A DNA stretch of 64,000 nucleotides from a virus (IMGVR_UViG_3300014208_000023:224001-288000), one strand, 5' to 3'. Shown: positions 9,457-19,368, counted from the stretch's first letter. Program-made: numbers and translations. The notes: generated by a model not told the origin, from the letters alone.

Positions 9457-11136
9457 TTATTTTATTGCAAGTTTGGTAAATAGGTTTGCCATTTCTTCTA
9501 TGTTAATTGACTCTAAAAGGCCGTTAGATTGATAGATATTGTTATACGGATTATTAACAACATTTTCTGAATCTTCTTCGTTTGGCTTTCCAACATGCTC
9601 GGCTAATGGGAAGGCAAATAATCCCTCATCGCCGTGCATTGATGAATACATTGACCCGCTAAAATCAGATGGGTTTAGCAATGTTTCGCCAGTATCTCCG
9701 CCATCTTCTCCCTCATCCTTATCTTGCTCTTCTACCGCCTTAATTGCAGGATCATTTTCTTTTCGATCCATAGTAGATTCTAGGTCATCATTTAAAACTA
9801 TTGGAAAATTATCAGTATCATACTCATCAATACCGGTATAATAGGCCTGCTTTTCAATGTCACCTAAATATCTGCGATCTATTTTCCATATATCTATATC
9901 GGAAGGATCTATTTTGGCTCCCTGTATTTTTTTCCAATTATATCCTCCTCCGGTCTCATAAACGCCAGGAGAAATATCTACACCGAAAGCCTCAGCGTCA
10001 TTATAAACAACTATAAATGCGTGATCGTCGCCATCATGACCACCATCGGTAAGATCTACTTCCGGTATTGCAGATGAAATGACAGATCCCATGGCCTGCG
10101 CTACCTGGTCACAAACGCCACCAGAGCCAAGATCCTCGCTGATACCATCTTCGTCTTGAAGCCATCCATCAACTATATGCTGTGCGGCTACTGCAAATTG
10201 TGATCTTAATTCATTTAATTTAGAATATAGATTAGTTTTTGAGGCCAATTTCATATCCTTAATTTTTTTAATGACTTTTTTACGTTTCTTTTTGTTCTTT
10301 CTTCTATAATCGGAAATGCTCTTATAGTCTGGCATATTGGCGTAAAATCCTTCGCCATAATCCATATTGCGTTTAAGCTGTGCCGTTTTCGATCCTTTTG
10401 GATAGTGAGCATAAAGCGATTCTGGTATTGGTAATGATTTCCACAAATCCAAAGACGTTATTGATTCGGCAGTTTTCTCTACTCCATATGCGGCAGCTTT
10501 ATTTAGATTTTTAGTTATATATCCAGGATCTATATGTGCCAATAAATCTTTATTGTTTTTTATAAAATCTATAATTTTTGGATCTATAGCGAACCCTAAT
10601 TTTGCGGACAAGTATATTACTCTAATGATCCTATTGACATTATATTTAAGAGTAATTTCGGGATCTACACAAGTTCTAATTATTTTAGATTTAATATCTT
10701 TGGCGCCCATCTTTGTGGGATCTGAAATTTTATTAAGTCCAAAATCCATCAATAATGAATTGCAAGTAAAATCTCTAGAATATGCCTCACGCATTAAATT
10801 AGTAGGATTTTTAACGCCTTTTTTTAGAAGCTCACCATCAATATTTGGAAGTATAAAGTTAGATGAAAAATCTAGTTTTAATCCCCCTAAAAATATAGAG
10901 GTATGGCCATCATCCATTAATTTAGATTTAACGGAAAATGTTCTGCCTAAATCAAGCTCCACTTCTTTAGCCAAATTTTTAATACTTGACTCGCCATTAG
11001 TTATGTCGATATCCTCTAATTTTGTTAGAGTTCCCATAAACTTTTCGCGAACTGCTCCGCCACAAATCATTGGCGTAGCAATATTGTTCTTTTTTGCTAT
11101 TCCTTCAATTTTGGCTAGTAATTCGCGTAGTTTCAA
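9457..11136 (-). CDS. Class II tRNA nucleotidyltransferase/poly(A) polymerase-like protein with long C-terminal extension (Cys-His-Asp domain, acidic tail)
   Basis: GGAVRE...EDID, SRDFTCNSL, DP..G..DI....IRT, RIIRVIYLSAKLGF in aa 1-245; templating motif EDxxR replaced by YNVNR. Confidence 0.8.
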   Translation of the reverse strand: MKLRELLAKIEGIAKKNNIATPMICGGAVREKFMGTLTKLEDIDITNGESSIKNLAKEVELDLGRTFSVKSKLMDDGHTSIFLGGLKLDFSSNFILPNIDGELLKKGVKNPTNLMREAYSRDFTCNSLLMDFGLNKISDPTKMGAKDIKSKIIRTCVDPEITLKYNVNRIIRVIYLSAKLGFAIDPKIIDFIKNNKDLLAHIDPGYITKNLNKAAAYGVEKTAESITSLDLWKSLPIPESLYAHYPKGSKTAQLKRNMDYGEGFYANMPDYKSISDYRRKNKKKRKKVIKKIKDMKLASKTNLYSKLNELRSQFAVAAQHIVDGWLQDEDGISEDLGSGGVCDQVAQAMGSVISSAIPEVDLTDGGHDGDDHAFIVVYNDAEAFGVDISPGVYETGGGYNWKKIQGAKIDPSDIDIWKIDRRYLGDIEKQAYYTGIDEYDTDNFPIVLNDDLESTMDRKENDPAIKAVEEQDKDEGEDGGDTGETLLNPSDFSGSMYSSMHGDEGLFAFPLAEHVGKPNEEDSENVVNNPYNNIYQSNGLLESINIEEMANLFTKLAIK

Positions 11137-11137
11137 T

Positions 11138-12787
11138 CTACGCTCCTGGTGGAACTAGGGCTTTTGGTTTTGGAGCCGGAACTGCTGGCCTTTTAGGTTC
11201 TAGTGGAGCCTCTGCCAATTCTGCGCCAGGGCTTTCAACTTCAATTTCTGGCTTATCGGTATCTTCAAGCTGAAGTTTTTTGTTATTAACCTCTTTGCGC
11301 ATTTCTTTGCGATCTTCCTCTTTCTTCTCTTCGCTTTCAAGATGACGCTGTAGAAGTTGAGCTTCTGGATCGGTCTCTTCTTGGTTTCTTGTAAGATCGA
11401 TTTTTCCTTTGCCAAGTCCGCTTTGTAGAGTTGAAATAATATCATCCATACGAGTTGCGGAATAATTAAGGCAGTCCAAATTTTTCTGCTGAACTTCAGA
11501 GAAGTTTGAGAAGTAAGGAGTTAATCCTAATCTTGAAAGCATAAGATCAGCAAGAGCTAATTGACGATTGATCTCTTTTCTTTTGAAAATAAGATTGATA
11601 TCCTGAAGTTTTGCTAGCAAATCTTCCATTGTTAATTTATCAAATGCCGAATTTACTAGCGCATCAAAATCACTAGCCGGGGCCACTTCCTTAAGGCCTT
11701 TAGAGCTTGTAGGTTTTGCCGTTGGATTTTCTCCATCTGGGCGTTTTTCTTTCTGAATTTTATTTGGAAGATTTTCTTTTGTAAGTCTAGCGTCTTGTCC
11801 GGTTACCACTAGCTCATCGTCTGAAAAATCAACAAAAGCCTCAACCTCTACTTCATCCTCATCCATAACAACTTCATCTTCTGGGCTATCGTCGTTATTT
11901 AGCTCTTCTTTATTTATTTTGGCGCCATCAGTTATGCCGGCGCCTTTAGTATTATCTATGAATCCATCAATTCCTGTTAATGGGGCTTCTTCCGGCTCTG
12001 CGGCACCAGGCGGAACTGGATTCAAGTTTGGCATTGGTGCTCCCAAATTTCCAAGTCCTTGAGGTATGCTTCCGCCTACTGGTGTTTGGCCCATTGCTAG
12101 GTCTCCTGTATTTCCAGGAGTTTGCTGGGCGAGTTTAATCATAATATCGGCGCCTACCATACAATTTTTACGTTGAAGTATTCCGGCGTGCTTTATGAGC
12201 AAATCAACGCACGTTCTCGCAGATAAGGCCAGTCTGCCTTGAGTGCTTATCATCATCTTTAGGTCATGAACTGACTTAAGTAATGATTTGTAATCTTTAC
12301 CAGAAAACAAATATCCACGCTGTGTGTTTAAGTGTTTTTCTATAGAATTAAGTCTTCCTAATAAAACTTTACGAAATGCTTCATTAGCAGCATCTTCATC
12401 TGCCTTTTGTAGTCCTGGCTGAAATCCATCAGCAACATAGTTTGCCTCTTGAGCAATATCATTAATGCTTTTTATTGGCGATGGAACTGGATGTTTTGCT
12501 CCAGGAGGATTGGGCATATAATAGTTGCCCTCTTCGCTGTAATAAGAATTTTGTGCAGTTTTGTATTTATATACTTCTCCACTTTCGTAATATTTCATCC
12601 AATTACTAAAATTGTATTTTTCTGCGGCAGTCCAGTCGCCAACAATAGCTTCTGTGGCGGCCGTTTTATTAAGCCCTAAACGGACCTTGACATAAATATC
12701 TCGAAGAGCAGATGTCCAACGCTCAAGGTTATAGACTGTAGACATTGGCATATACTCACTATAGTTTGGGTAAGCTTCTTTTATCAC
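11138..12787 (-). CDS. Hypothetical protein (head module), 549 aa
   Basis: Long ORF, GTG start; five KxA motifs; acidic/Pro-rich linkers. Confidence 0.75.
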   Translation of the reverse strand: MIKEAYPNYSEYMPMSTVYNLERWTSALRDIYVKVRLGLNKTAATEAIVGDWTAAEKYNFSNWMKYYESGEVYKYKTAQNSYYSEEGNYYMPNPPGAKHPVPSPIKSINDIAQEANYVADGFQPGLQKADEDAANEAFRKVLLGRLNSIEKHLNTQRGYLFSGKDYKSLLKSVHDLKMMISTQGRLALSARTCVDLLIKHAGILQRKNCMVGADIMIKLAQQTPGNTGDLAMGQTPVGGSIPQGLGNLGAPMPNLNPVPPGAAEPEEAPLTGIDGFIDNTKGAGITDGAKINKEELNNDDSPEDEVVMDEDEVEVEAFVDFSDDELVVTGQDARLTKENLPNKIQKEKRPDGENPTAKPTSSKGLKEVAPASDFDALVNSAFDKLTMEDLLAKLQDINLIFKRKEINRQLALADLMLSRLGLTPYFSNFSEVQQKNLDCLNYSATRMDDIISTLQSGLGKGKIDLTRNQEETDPEAQLLQRHLESEEKKEEDRKEMRKEVNNKKLQLEDTDKPEIEVESPGAELAEAPLEPKRPAVPAPKPKALVPPGA

Positions 12788-12807
12788 AAGTGAATGCGAA
12801 ATAATAG

Positions 12808-13548
12808 CTAAATATCGAGCTTGTCTTTGATTTTGCCTTCAATCTCATAGGCCGCGTCAAGCCTCTTATCCATCGGAATAACTGACTCTTCGCTAGCTTT
12901 TAGCTCTGAAAGTCTTTTCGTAAATAATTCAGTAAATAACAAAGACGTTTCGTAGTCTAACTGCGCTAATATTTCTCGTATAACACCATATACCATATTT
13001 ATGTGACTATCGACTAACTGAATGCTGATATTATTCTGAATAGTTACTTGCTCTGGGTTGCCGTTAGTAACTAAATCGAATTTTTCCAAGGTATTTAATA
13101 GAAGCGTGAACCACTCAATCAGGGTCCTATCCATCTTAATGTTTCTAGGATCTCTTTGGATGTGATCAAAAACCTGCTCGGCTCTGTGCTCTATGGATAT
13201 CACTAGCCTTTTAATAACTGTTTTTATATCTAATTCTTTATCGGCAATATCTAAAAGTTTCTTTTTATATGCCTCATTGCCCTTGATTTCTTCCATAGCA
13301 TCTTCAGGCTCTACCGCTAAATTGAACTGGGTTTTAAGAAGGTCTTCTCTTATTGTAGAATAAAAATCTAAATATTCATCCTTAAATATAGTTAAATTCT
13401 TCTTTGTTATAAGAAGCTGCTTCTGCCCATTGTATTTGGCCTTAAGCCAGTCCGCAATGTCTTCCTCAGATATTTCAGATATTAATTTTGTTATAATCTC
13501 ATCCTTATCTGGATGAGAAGTAATTTGATCCGCTACTTGCTTGGCCAT
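12808..13548 (-). CDS. Hypothetical helical protein
   Basis: 246-aa ORF coupled to upstream gene by TAATG overlap. Confidence 0.75.
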   Translation of the reverse strand: MAKQVADQITSHPDKDEIITKLISEISEEDIADWLKAKYNGQKQLLITKKNLTIFKDEYLDFYSTIREDLLKTQFNLAVEPEDAMEEIKGNEAYKKKLLDIADKELDIKTVIKRLVISIEHRAEQVFDHIQRDPRNIKMDRTLIEWFTLLLNTLEKFDLVTNGNPEQVTIQNNISIQLVDSHINMVYGVIREILAQLDYETSLLFTELFTKRLSELKASEESVIPMDKRLDAAYEIEGKIKDKLDI

Positions 13549-14480
13549 TATTCTCCAGGGTTATATCCCATACGTGTCGCGCGGCTATCAAACGTTGTAA
13601 ATGTATTGTGATGATCGGAGGCATTTTGCTCTTGAACAGTGCTGCCTGGAACTTTATTTCCTTTTTGAGTAGTAAAGCCTTCATCCCAATTATATGATTT
13701 GCCGTCTAGAGCGCAACGAACCGTATGCTCACCAACTCTATATGTTGAAACTCCGGCATGATCTGGACAGTATCGTGTTGAAAGAGGTTCTTCCATTACA
13801 CGATATTCTTTATATACCGGACTTTTCTCGATATCTTTAATCGCCTGAGCTATATGATTGCCTTCTAGCTGTGATTCTCTGGTATCGTTATATTTTTTTT
13901 TTAATTGCTCAATACGATCGTCATAATCGGCCGTAGAGAATAAATAAGAATTTTTTGGAGACGCTAAAGTTAGTAGAAGGTCATCCAAAACGGCGGCTTG
14001 TTTTTGTAGAAGTTCGTCATCTGATTCGGCAAAAGCCTCGGCTACTGCGGCAATTTCATCTAGTTTTTGTGGAGTAAGTGCTTCTGGAGCAGGCTCAAGT
14101 GCTGCAATATCCTCGGCGGCTTCACGTAAAGCATCTGCGGCCTTCATAAATGAGAGGGCGACCTTATCCAATACGTCATTATCTTCTGCGGCAATTAAGG
14201 TTTCATTTTCTGAGCTTTCGAGGGCTTCAGCCATTTTAAGTAATTGATTTGATGATATTTTACCTTCAACAGGCATTTTGTTATGCTTAAGGCCTTTGTT
14301 GTCTTTATTAATTGCCCACTGACGAATTAGCACGCTCATTAATTCAAGAGATTTATCTAATGACGCAAGTAGTTCTTCGCATACTGGATCAGTAGCCAAT
14401 GAGCGGTCTTCTAATAGTTGTTCGGCCTTATAGCTTAATCCACGACAAGCTTCATTTATTTCTTCTAAAATTCTAGTCAT
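13548..14480 (-). CDS. Hypothetical protein with C-terminal Cys/His motif
   Basis: 310-aa ORF; RYCPDH...RCALD. Confidence 0.75.
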   Translation of the reverse strand: MTRILEEINEACRGLSYKAEQLLEDRSLATDPVCEELLASLDKSLELMSVLIRQWAINKDNKGLKHNKMPVEGKISSNQLLKMAEALESSENETLIAAEDNDVLDKVALSFMKAADALREAAEDIAALEPAPEALTPQKLDEIAAVAEAFAESDDELLQKQAAVLDDLLLTLASPKNSYLFSTADYDDRIEQLKKKYNDTRESQLEGNHIAQAIKDIEKSPVYKEYRVMEEPLSTRYCPDHAGVSTYRVGEHTVRCALDGKSYNWDEGFTTQKGNKVPGSTVQEQNASDHHNTFTTFDSRATRMGYNPGE

Positions 14481-14487
14481 TTTTTCC

Positions 14488-15948
14488 TTAGTAAAGAATC
14501 TTTGAGTTCATAAAGTAAGCACCTTCATAGCTATCTTCCATTCCTTTACGAGACATCGGGCGGCAATCTCCATGCTTATCCTGAAATACTTTATTGAGGG
14601 GAAGATTTAGGTGACCACAAACTGGTTGTGTACTATTTGCAGTTTTAACGATTCTAGAGCACTTTGCGGTAGAAGCCTCCTTCTTAACGCTTGATAGGCC
14701 ACTAGTGTATTCGTCAAGAGCAATCTTATAGGCTTTGGCATCATCCATATTGGCTAGAACATTAAGGGCATCTTCTGCTTTTGCGTAATTTCCTTCTTCG
14801 GTAGCTTCTCGAACCGTCTCAACTAAATCAGACGCTTTAAGTGTGAATAACGGAGAAACAATTGCTGCAACCTTATTATCAGTAAGTTCGGCCGATTGAA
14901 GGCTTTGTATTCCGTCAGCAGTAAATGACTCAATGCTTCCTTTGCAAAGAATAACGGCCGGCTCTTGTAGTCTTCCGGACTCTATTTTAACTGGAACCTT
15001 GAATGCAACACCATCACAGCTAACTCCGTAAGTAATGCTATCTTTAGTGGCTTCTAATATATTTACCTGATGGCTACGCTTACCAAATCCGTTAAGCTTC
15101 TGGGATATAATGCGTCTTCCCTGCTCTGGCAATTCACCATGCTGAAAAGCAGCGATTCCTTTTGCAGAAGATAGATTGCTGGCAAAAGACTCAACTTCTT
15201 TAGCATCTACGGTTGGCTCGACTAGCTCAGCAAAGGCCTCTCCTACCGATTCGTTGCCATGACTTCCTGCTTTGGTGAAGAAATTAGAAACATAATTCGT
15301 AATGCTTTTCTTGCTAATATAGTGCTGACCATCTTTTCCAGTGAAGAATGATGGGGCAGTGGCGGTTTTGCGGAACATTTCTACTGGAACGTAGAATGAG
15401 GCATTTCCTTGTGGTGTGCGATATGTGGCTGCAACAACTACGACGTTTTCGTCACCAGATACGGCTCTAACTACTGGCTCTAGATTTGGAAATGAACACT
15501 CCATAACGACCGCTTTTTCGGCAGCCTTGGCAATGTCATCTGGCAATCCATTGGCAGTTGGATTAAACGCAGCATTTAAGCTAGCTAAAAGCGTCTTGTC
15601 AGTATCCTGGTAGATATCAAATTCCTGGAAAACTTCTTCTGTGCGTGAAGCGGCGGGCTCAGCAGCAGCCTCAAGTCCTAGCTCCTCGGCAAAGATTTCT
15701 TTGAACTTCGTGTTATGGCTATATAATTTATTATATAGATCCTTAACTTCAGCTCTCGAAATAAATAGCCTATTACCAGCATTCATTCTATCAACAACCA
15801 AAGACATCTGATTGATAGTTTGATCCTCTGGGTTGGCCGCTCCAGATTTGTGCAGCTTTTGGGCGAAGAATGCCAAAGCGATTTTTTCATGTCCGTCAAG
15901 AGCGGATTGAAGATTTGAAATGGCCTTTTTTAGCTCAGAAGGTAGCAT
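14488..15948 (-). CDS. Hypothetical protein (head module), 486 aa
   Basis: Long ORF coupled by TAATG overlap at 15948. Confidence 0.75.
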   Translation of the reverse strand: MLPSELKKAISNLQSALDGHEKIALAFFAQKLHKSGAANPEDQTINQMSLVVDRMNAGNRLFISRAEVKDLYNKLYSHNTKFKEIFAEELGLEAAAEPAASRTEEVFQEFDIYQDTDKTLLASLNAAFNPTANGLPDDIAKAAEKAVVMECSFPNLEPVVRAVSGDENVVVVAATYRTPQGNASFYVPVEMFRKTATAPSFFTGKDGQHYISKKSITNYVSNFFTKAGSHGNESVGEAFAELVEPTVDAKEVESFASNLSSAKGIAAFQHGELPEQGRRIISQKLNGFGKRSHQVNILEATKDSITYGVSCDGVAFKVPVKIESGRLQEPAVILCKGSIESFTADGIQSLQSAELTDNKVAAIVSPLFTLKASDLVETVREATEEGNYAKAEDALNVLANMDDAKAYKIALDEYTSGLSSVKKEASTAKCSRIVKTANSTQPVCGHLNLPLNKVFQDKHGDCRPMSRKGMEDSYEGAYFMNSKILY

Positions 15949-16391
15949 TAGAATAGCTCCGGATAAAGTTTTTTAACTTCTGTTTGACGCTCTGGAGATA
16001 GGGCGGAAAACAAAGCCTCAACGAAATGTTGATCGGTTGAAAGTTTAGTTGGCAGAAAATTTACGATGGTATCAGCATCTTCATGAGCGAATTTGGTAAA
16101 TGCCGCTCCTTTATAGAAGAGATGAACATCTCCCTCTTTAGATATCGCTTCCCATTGGTTTTTGGCGCTTGCTTGTTTAATAGGTGATGTTTCTTCGTCA
16201 GTATTGTATCTTGCTACAATATAATCACCATCATCGGCGCTTTGGATCTCCCAAAGTTCATCGATTGGCGCTCCTTGTAGTCTAACAACATCAAAGGCTA
16301 CTCGGATAATTCTATCCTTAACTTCTGACAATTTGTAAGTTTTTTTATCTAGTTTTTCAAGATCAGAATAGTTTAGGTCAAACAGTCCCAT
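15948..16391 (-). CDS. Hypothetical protein
   Basis: 147-aa ORF with GGAG SD upstream. Confidence 0.75.
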   Translation of the reverse strand: MGLFDLNYSDLEKLDKKTYKLSEVKDRIIRVAFDVVRLQGAPIDELWEIQSADDGDYIVARYNTDEETSPIKQASAKNQWEAISKEGDVHLFYKGAAFTKFAHEDADTIVNFLPTKLSTDQHFVEALFSALSPERQTEVKKLYPELF

Positions 16392-16470
16392 TAAATATCT
16401 CCAAATGTATGCTTTATTATCCGTTATTGTTCTTTGAGCGCAAGTTTTCTGTGCGACTTGAGATTATATT

Positions 16471-16929
16471 TCAAATATATGTGTTGTTTCGTAAGTCAGA
16501 GATTTTATCCATAATCTCTTTTATGGCTGGGTCTTTATCTACTACCCTAGCTAATTTTTTACAAATGCCACCATAGGAAGCTTTACCATTATCTTTTGAA
16601 TAATCGACATTTCCATTAATGCTTTTCGTAATGCTGCTTTGATTAACACCCAATTTCCTTGCCGCCTCTTGTTGAGTGGCCCCCTCTTTTAATAACTTAA
16701 CTATTTCCAATTGTCTTGGGGTGAGGTGTTCATTTATGATTTTCCAAAAACGCTCTTTGAGTTGATCTTCTAAAATTAGAATGTCCTCATTATAATCAAA
16801 TGGATTCAATTTTTTATATACACTATCATCATTTGAGAACGTCTCCATCATTTCATGGCTAAAGGCTTTCTCCACAAGAAGATGTTGATAAAGCTGACTT
16901 CTCGTTGGTCGTTTTCTCTCTGGGGCCAT
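16471..16929 (-). CDS. Sigma-70 region 4/LuxR-like helix-turn-helix protein
   Basis: LTPRQLEIVKLLKEGATQQEAARKLGVNQSSITKSI matches the sigma4 HTH pattern; no region 2 in this protein. Confidence 0.7.
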   Translation of the reverse strand: MAPERKRPTRSQLYQHLLVEKAFSHEMMETFSNDDSVYKKLNPFDYNEDILILEDQLKERFWKIINEHLTPRQLEIVKLLKEGATQQEAARKLGVNQSSITKSINGNVDYSKDNGKASYGGICKKLARVVDKDPAIKEIMDKISDLRNNTYI

Positions 16930-17069
16930 TTGTTCCTATTATTATGCTACAAAATTGTAAGCCTATCTTACGCATAATAATATATCAATGGTTTTAAATT
17001 ATGAGTATAATCAACACATTAGATTGCAATCATTTTTTTGAGCATTAGATATTCTATAATATCATATAC

Positions 17070-17816
17070 TTACGACAGGCTCCTTATAAACTCTTTTGCG
17101 CGATCTCCTTCAGATTCTAAAAATTGATCAAGATCTTTATATCCATCTGGCAAACAGGCTTTTGTTATATTTGCCCTCTTACCATAGTTAGAAACAATTC
17201 TATCCATCCCCGCAATACCAGCCTTATCATTGTCAAGCAACAGAATGATATTGTCCGTATAACGCATTAGCATTGCAAATTGATTAAAGGCCATATTTCC
17301 TGAGCCTAAACAAACGCAATTTTCAATTCCATTGCTCATGGCTCGTATGCAGTCAAACTGGCCCTCTACAACATATACGCAATTTTCTTTTACTATAGCT
17401 GGCTTTGCTCTATATAGTCCAAATAAATGATTCTTTTTCTTAAATGATGTATTTTTATACTTTGATATATTCGCAGTCTTAAACTCATTGTCTCCAAGAA
17501 TAGTTCTTCCAACTAATGCTATAGTTTTTCCATAAGCATTTTTATATGGCATAACCATATTATGATTTTCTAATACAGAAGCAAGAGCCATCTCTCCTTC
17601 TATAGATCTATAATAGAATAGTCCAGACTTAACTAAATTTTCTTCGCCAAGAATATTAACTAACAAATGTAAATTATCTGTGCTTGGAAAGTATCCCATT
17701 TCAAATTCTTTTTGAATGTTTTTGTCAAGCCTATTATCGAGATATTCCCTAACCGGTTCGGCATAAGGAAAATCAGTTAAAAGATTTTGACATATTTTAG
17801 TAACCTGGTCTAACAT
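17070..17816 (-). CDS. dnaG: DnaG primase catalytic core (Toprim), lacking zinc-binding and helicase-binding domains
   Basis: EYLDNR...EFEMGYFP, IALVGR, SKYKNT, LFGLY, VVEGQFD, LLLDNDKAG. Confidence 0.85.
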   Translation of the reverse strand: MLDQVTKICQNLLTDFPYAEPVREYLDNRLDKNIQKEFEMGYFPSTDNLHLLVNILGEENLVKSGLFYYRSIEGEMALASVLENHNMVMPYKNAYGKTIALVGRTILGDNEFKTANISKYKNTSFKKKNHLFGLYRAKPAIVKENCVYVVEGQFDCIRAMSNGIENCVCLGSGNMAFNQFAMLMRYTDNIILLLDNDKAGIAGMDRIVSNYGKRANITKACLPDGYKDLDQFLESEGDRAKEFIRSLS

Positions 17817-17848
17817 TTATTTCTCCTCTGACCGTGACAATAAGAAAG

Positions 17849-17854
17849 TATAAT
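17849..17854 (+). promoter_or_regulatory. Perfect -10 hexamer TATAAT 5 nt upstream of ATG 17860 (possible leaderless promoter of plus-strand cassette)
   Basis: AAAG-TATAAT-TGAGT-ATG; no clear -35. Confidence 0.45.
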
Positions 17855-17859
17855 TGAGT

Positions 17860-19341
17860 ATGACTAGTCAATATCCTGCCAAAATAGACGACAACATAAC
17901 TTTACCCGTGTCGCTAGATAATTCTACTTTGGTTAGAGCCAATGTTTTAAATGACCTTCGTGGGGCAATTATAGCAATTGAATCTGCTATGGGTGTAAAT
18001 CCAGCATCAGTATATGGGACAGTTAGGGAGCGGCTAAACACTATCGAAAATGCTTTAACTAGCATTACCATTGGTGGTGGTGGAATTACTGTTGGCGGGG
18101 ATCTGTCCGGCTCATCTATATCACAGATCGTAGTGGGTTTGCAGGGCAATGCGATTTCTAATATCAGCCCGACAGACGGTTATGTTCTCACTTGGAAATC
18201 ATCCACTAGTAAATGGACGCCCTCTTCTGCGGCAAGTGGGTTCGCTGCCGGTGGAGATTTAACGGGGTCATCAACATCACAGCAAGTTATTTCTTTAACC
18301 GGATCTGCCGGAGTAGTTTCAGTGCCAACAGCATCAATTGCTTTTAATACAATTCCAGCAACTTCTGGAGATATTAGGTTATCTAACATTTCAAGCATAC
18401 AATCACGTACATTCGTTGATAATGCCAATATTATTATGATGGCTACCGATGCTACAGATTCATTATTTATTGGAACTAATAATTCTTGGACAGAACAAAC
18501 AATTGGCCTTAATATGTATGCAAGCTCTACTGTTGCATTGGGTCTTGGAGCACTAACTCACTTATATATTATTTCAGGATTTACAGAATCTTGGGTACCC
18601 ATTATTGGTAGTGGTACAGGATCTTCACCATACGGTGTTCATGGCGTTGGTACTCAAGCAATGGCTGATGCCAACCAAACACCAGCAAGTACAATTTATC
18701 AGTATAATACAATAGTAACTACTGACGCAATTACTGCCAATAGAACATTAACATTACCAACTGCAACAGATGTTGCTGGCTATACTAAAATAATAGATAA
18801 TACTTGTGCCGGAGCATTTGCAGTTGTAGTAACTACTGGCGCTGGAGTAACGGCAACCATCAATAATGGAACCAAAGGAATTGTTCTTATTGATTCTAGA
18901 GGCGTTACATTAGTAGGTGCTCCAACATTACCAACAAGATATGAATTGAATCTTGCATCTGGATTGTTTTCTACTACATCCACTACTTTTACCAGGACTG
19001 GTGGCAGACAAATTGATATGAGTATTTTCCCGGCAACAATTGGAGCATTAGCTAGAACCGTAGCATTCTCGGCAGATATTGATATGACGGCCGGAGCTAC
19101 TTCCGTTGAAATTCAATTATATGATATTACTCATAGCGTGGCAGTAACAAGTACGGATTTAACATCCTCATCAACAACCAATACAAGAGTGACAAGTGGG
19201 TCATTAACCGTTGGATCTTCGGCCGGAAATATTAGAAGTGATGTCGCGACTCAATATGAGTTACAATTTAAAATGAATGGCGGAGGAGGATCTGATGCAG
19301 TATTCCTTACAAATTCAAGATTGGTTATCACATATGCATAA
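17860..19341 (+). CDS. Putative virion fibre/decoration protein
   Basis: N-terminal YPAKID...NVLNDLRGAIIAIESAMG anchor-like segment, two GGDL(S/T)GS repeats, Thr/Ser/Gly-rich beta composition; ATG at 17860. Confidence 0.6.
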   Translation: MTSQYPAKIDDNITLPVSLDNSTLVRANVLNDLRGAIIAIESAMGVNPASVYGTVRERLNTIENALTSITIGGGGITVGGDLSGSSISQIVVGLQGNAISNISPTDGYVLTWKSSTSKWTPSSAASGFAAGGDLTGSSTSQQVISLTGSAGVVSVPTASIAFNTIPATSGDIRLSNISSIQSRTFVDNANIIMMATDATDSLFIGTNNSWTEQTIGLNMYASSTVALGLGALTHLYIISGFTESWVPIIGSGTGSSPYGVHGVGTQAMADANQTPASTIYQYNTIVTTDAITANRTLTLPTATDVAGYTKIIDNTCAGAFAVVVTTGAGVTATINNGTKGIVLIDSRGVTLVGAPTLPTRYELNLASGLFSTTSTTFTRTGGRQIDMSIFPATIGALARTVAFSADIDMTAGATSVEIQLYDITHSVAVTSTDLTSSSTTNTRVTSGSLTVGSSAGNIRSDVATQYELQFKMNGGGGSDAVFLTNSRLVITYA

Positions 19342-19368
19342 TAAAATAATTGTTAAAGGAATATTATA

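Noticed and set aside
12808-13548. Terminase small subunit
   Set aside because: The size and helical content are compatible, but there is no recognisable HTH or motif and it is not adjacent to terL.
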